This document shows, piece after piece, positions 62,203 through 64,000 of a stretch of 64,000 bases of DNA. Each line of letters starts with the position of its first letter. Position 1 is the stretch's first letter. This stretch comes from an uncultured Prochlorococcus sp. (GTDB lineage: Bacteria; Cyanobacteriota; Cyanobacteriia; PCC-6307; Cyanobiaceae). The stretch lies in NCBI GenBank assembly GCA_902564235.1, contig CACFAG010000001.1:127284-191283 (forward strand). Direction: 5' to 3'. Below the pieces are notes generated by a model. The model searched no databases and had not been told where the DNA came from. It saw nothing but the letters and a program-made list of their open reading frames with translations. The position numbers and the translations under genes are program-made.

Positions 62203-63402
62203 CTAATCAACTTGAACTTTCGGTAATCTATTTTTGAAAGAACAAAGAATTTCCCAAGGAATAGTATTAGATTCTCTTGCCCAATCAAGAGGAGAAATTG
62301 TTTTATCTCCATCAGATCCTAATAACACCATGGTACTACCAACTTTAACTTCATTAGAATCTGTTATGTCTACCATCATTTGATCCATAGTTATAGATCC
62401 AACTTGAGGATAAAATTTATTATTATGTATAACGTTTATCTTGCCTGAAAGATTTCTTGGTACACCATCTGCATAACCAATACTTAATACAGCTAAATTA
62501 GTTTTTCTACGACTTACAAATTTGCCTCCATAACTAACACTTACCCCTTTATCAATAGTTCTTATAAAAGCTACTTTGACCTTCAAAGATAAAGCTGGTT
62601 TTAGCAATAAATTTTTATTTGATTTTGATAACGCATTATATCCATACATAGATAATCCAACACGTACCATATGAAAATGGAAATTTTTATCAAGAAGCAT
62701 TGCCGCTGAATTAGCCAAATGAATCTTGATATTTTTATTTCTATCAACATTAATTTGCTTTAATAATTCATTAAACTTTAGTCTTTGTAATTGTGTAACA
62801 CTGGTTGGATTTAAAGAGTTAATTTCATCTGCAGATGATAAATGACTATAAATTCCTTCTATAGAAATATTGTCAAAAGATTTTATTTTTTCAAATTGCT
62901 GAACAAATTTATGGTATTCAAATCCTAATCTTGACATTCCCGTATCAACTTTAAGATGTAAAAGAAATTTCAATCTAAAGTGCTTACCAATGTTATTGCA
63001 AATTAAACATTCTCTTATACTACTGATAGTTGGCATAAGATCATTTTTAAAACATATAATAAGATCCCTTTTCGTATAAAGATTTCCGAGAATAAGTATT
63101 GGTTTTTTAACTCCAGAAGAACGAAGCTTAATGCCTTCATTTAATGTGGCAACACCTAATTGAGATGCTCCACCTTTAATCGCATACTCTGATACTAATT
63201 TCGCATCATGTCCATATCCATCAGCTTTAACGACTGCCATAAATTGACAATTTTTACTTAATTTTGATCTTAACTGTTTTACGTTTGTTTCTATTGCTTT
63301 ACCTTTAACTTCAATCCATGCTCTTTGCTTTAAATCTATGTCTTTTTCAAAATTTGGAAATTTATCAAAATTAAATACCTGATTTGTTTGCCGAATTTGC
63401 AT
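62203..63402 (-). CDS. alr: Alanine racemase
   Basis: AVVKADGYGH, HLKVDTGMSRLG, GYADG, TMDQMM. Confidence 0.97.
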   Translation of the reverse strand: MQIRQTNQVFNFDKFPNFEKDIDLKQRAWIEVKGKAIETNVKQLRSKLSKNCQFMAVVKADGYGHDAKLVSEYAIKGGASQLGVATLNEGIKLRSSGVKKPILILGNLYTKRDLIICFKNDLMPTISSIRECLICNNIGKHFRLKFLLHLKVDTGMSRLGFEYHKFVQQFEKIKSFDNISIEGIYSHLSSADEINSLNPTSVTQLQRLKFNELLKQINVDRNKNIKIHLANSAAMLLDKNFHFHMVRVGLSMYGYNALSKSNKNLLLKPALSLKVKVAFIRTIDKGVSVSYGGKFVSRRKTNLAVLSIGYADGVPRNLSGKINVIHNNKFYPQVGSITMDQMMVDITDSNEVKVGSTMVLLGSDGDKTISPLDWARESNTIPWEILCSFKNRLPKVQVD

Positions 63403-63470
63403 TAACTTTGCACAAATTTATGCGCTTATTGAAATATACAGTTAGCATGACATGTAAATTGTATTTTGGC

Positions 63471-63977
63471 ATGGGCCAGACTCTAGTTTTAAATGCATCT
63501 TATGAACCTTTAAACATCACTTCTTGGCGAAGAGCCGTCGTTTTGATGATCAAAGGTAAAGCAGAAAGCTTAGAGGAAGATAAGTCTAATTCAATACATA
63601 GCGGCAAAAAATTGCCGACAGTTATAAGACTTCGTTACTACGTGAAGGTTCCTTTTAGAGAGGTTTCTTTAACTAGAAAAAATATTCTTCTTAGAGATAA
63701 CAATTCTTGCCAGTACTGCAACTATAGGGGTAGTGACCTATCAATTGATCATGTTTTACCGAGAAGCAGAGGTGGAACAGATAATTGGGAGAATGTTACT
63801 ACAGCATGTCTCAGATGCAATGTACAAAAAGGTAATAGAACCCCAGAAGAAGCAAATATGCCTTTAAAACGCAAGCCTTACCGTCCACTTAGTAATCTCA
63901 ATTTTGAGGCAACAAAACAAATTGACTCTGGCAGACATAAGGAATGGAGTAAATACGTAATAGGGATTGCAATCTAA
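63471..63977 (+). CDS. Stand-alone HNH endonuclease (McrA-like)
   Basis: MGQTLVLNASYEPL; CQYC...DHVLPRSRGG...ENVTTACLRCN; ATG 63471 preferred because the track start overlaps alr. Confidence 0.9.
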   Translation: MGQTLVLNASYEPLNITSWRRAVVLMIKGKAESLEEDKSNSIHSGKKLPTVIRLRYYVKVPFREVSLTRKNILLRDNNSCQYCNYRGSDLSIDHVLPRSRGGTDNWENVTTACLRCNVQKGNRTPEEANMPLKRKPYRPLSNLNFEATKQIDSGRHKEWSKYVIGIAI

Positions 63978-64000
63978 AAATAAAATCTTAATTTACTCTT

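Overview
AT-rich, very gene-dense cyanobacterial chromosome segment. The split rpoC1/rpoC2, rpsJ fused to the str operon, long PsaL, divergent PsaA/PsaB and overall gene order indicate a high-light Prochlorococcus marinus (inference from recognised proteins). It is almost all core genome: bioA end, DUF2997-ycf35-ferredoxin-AKR cluster, rlmN, hli, rpoB-C1-C2, rimP-nusA-ylxR-infB, tRNA-Thr(CGT), ArnT/GT2 pair, rne-rnhB, str operon, Fd-GOGAT, lipA, psaAB/psaIL, cbiG-cobJ, tRNA-Ser(GCT), alr and an HNH nuclease. I see no CRISPR array, IS or prophage. Three small genes missing from the ORF track were found by hand: a 48-aa membrane peptide, hli and psaI. The best candidate for an undescribed system is a serine resolvase lacking its catalytic Ser but keeping its HTH, preceded by a res-like array of inverted repeats and followed by a small acidic protein. 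Other notable signals are multi-branch RNA leaders upstream of rpoB, rne and psaA, and a Cys-less Fe-S-like domain in an aldo/keto reductase next to a stand-alone ferredoxin. All motif and fold calls were made by eye; no searches were run.
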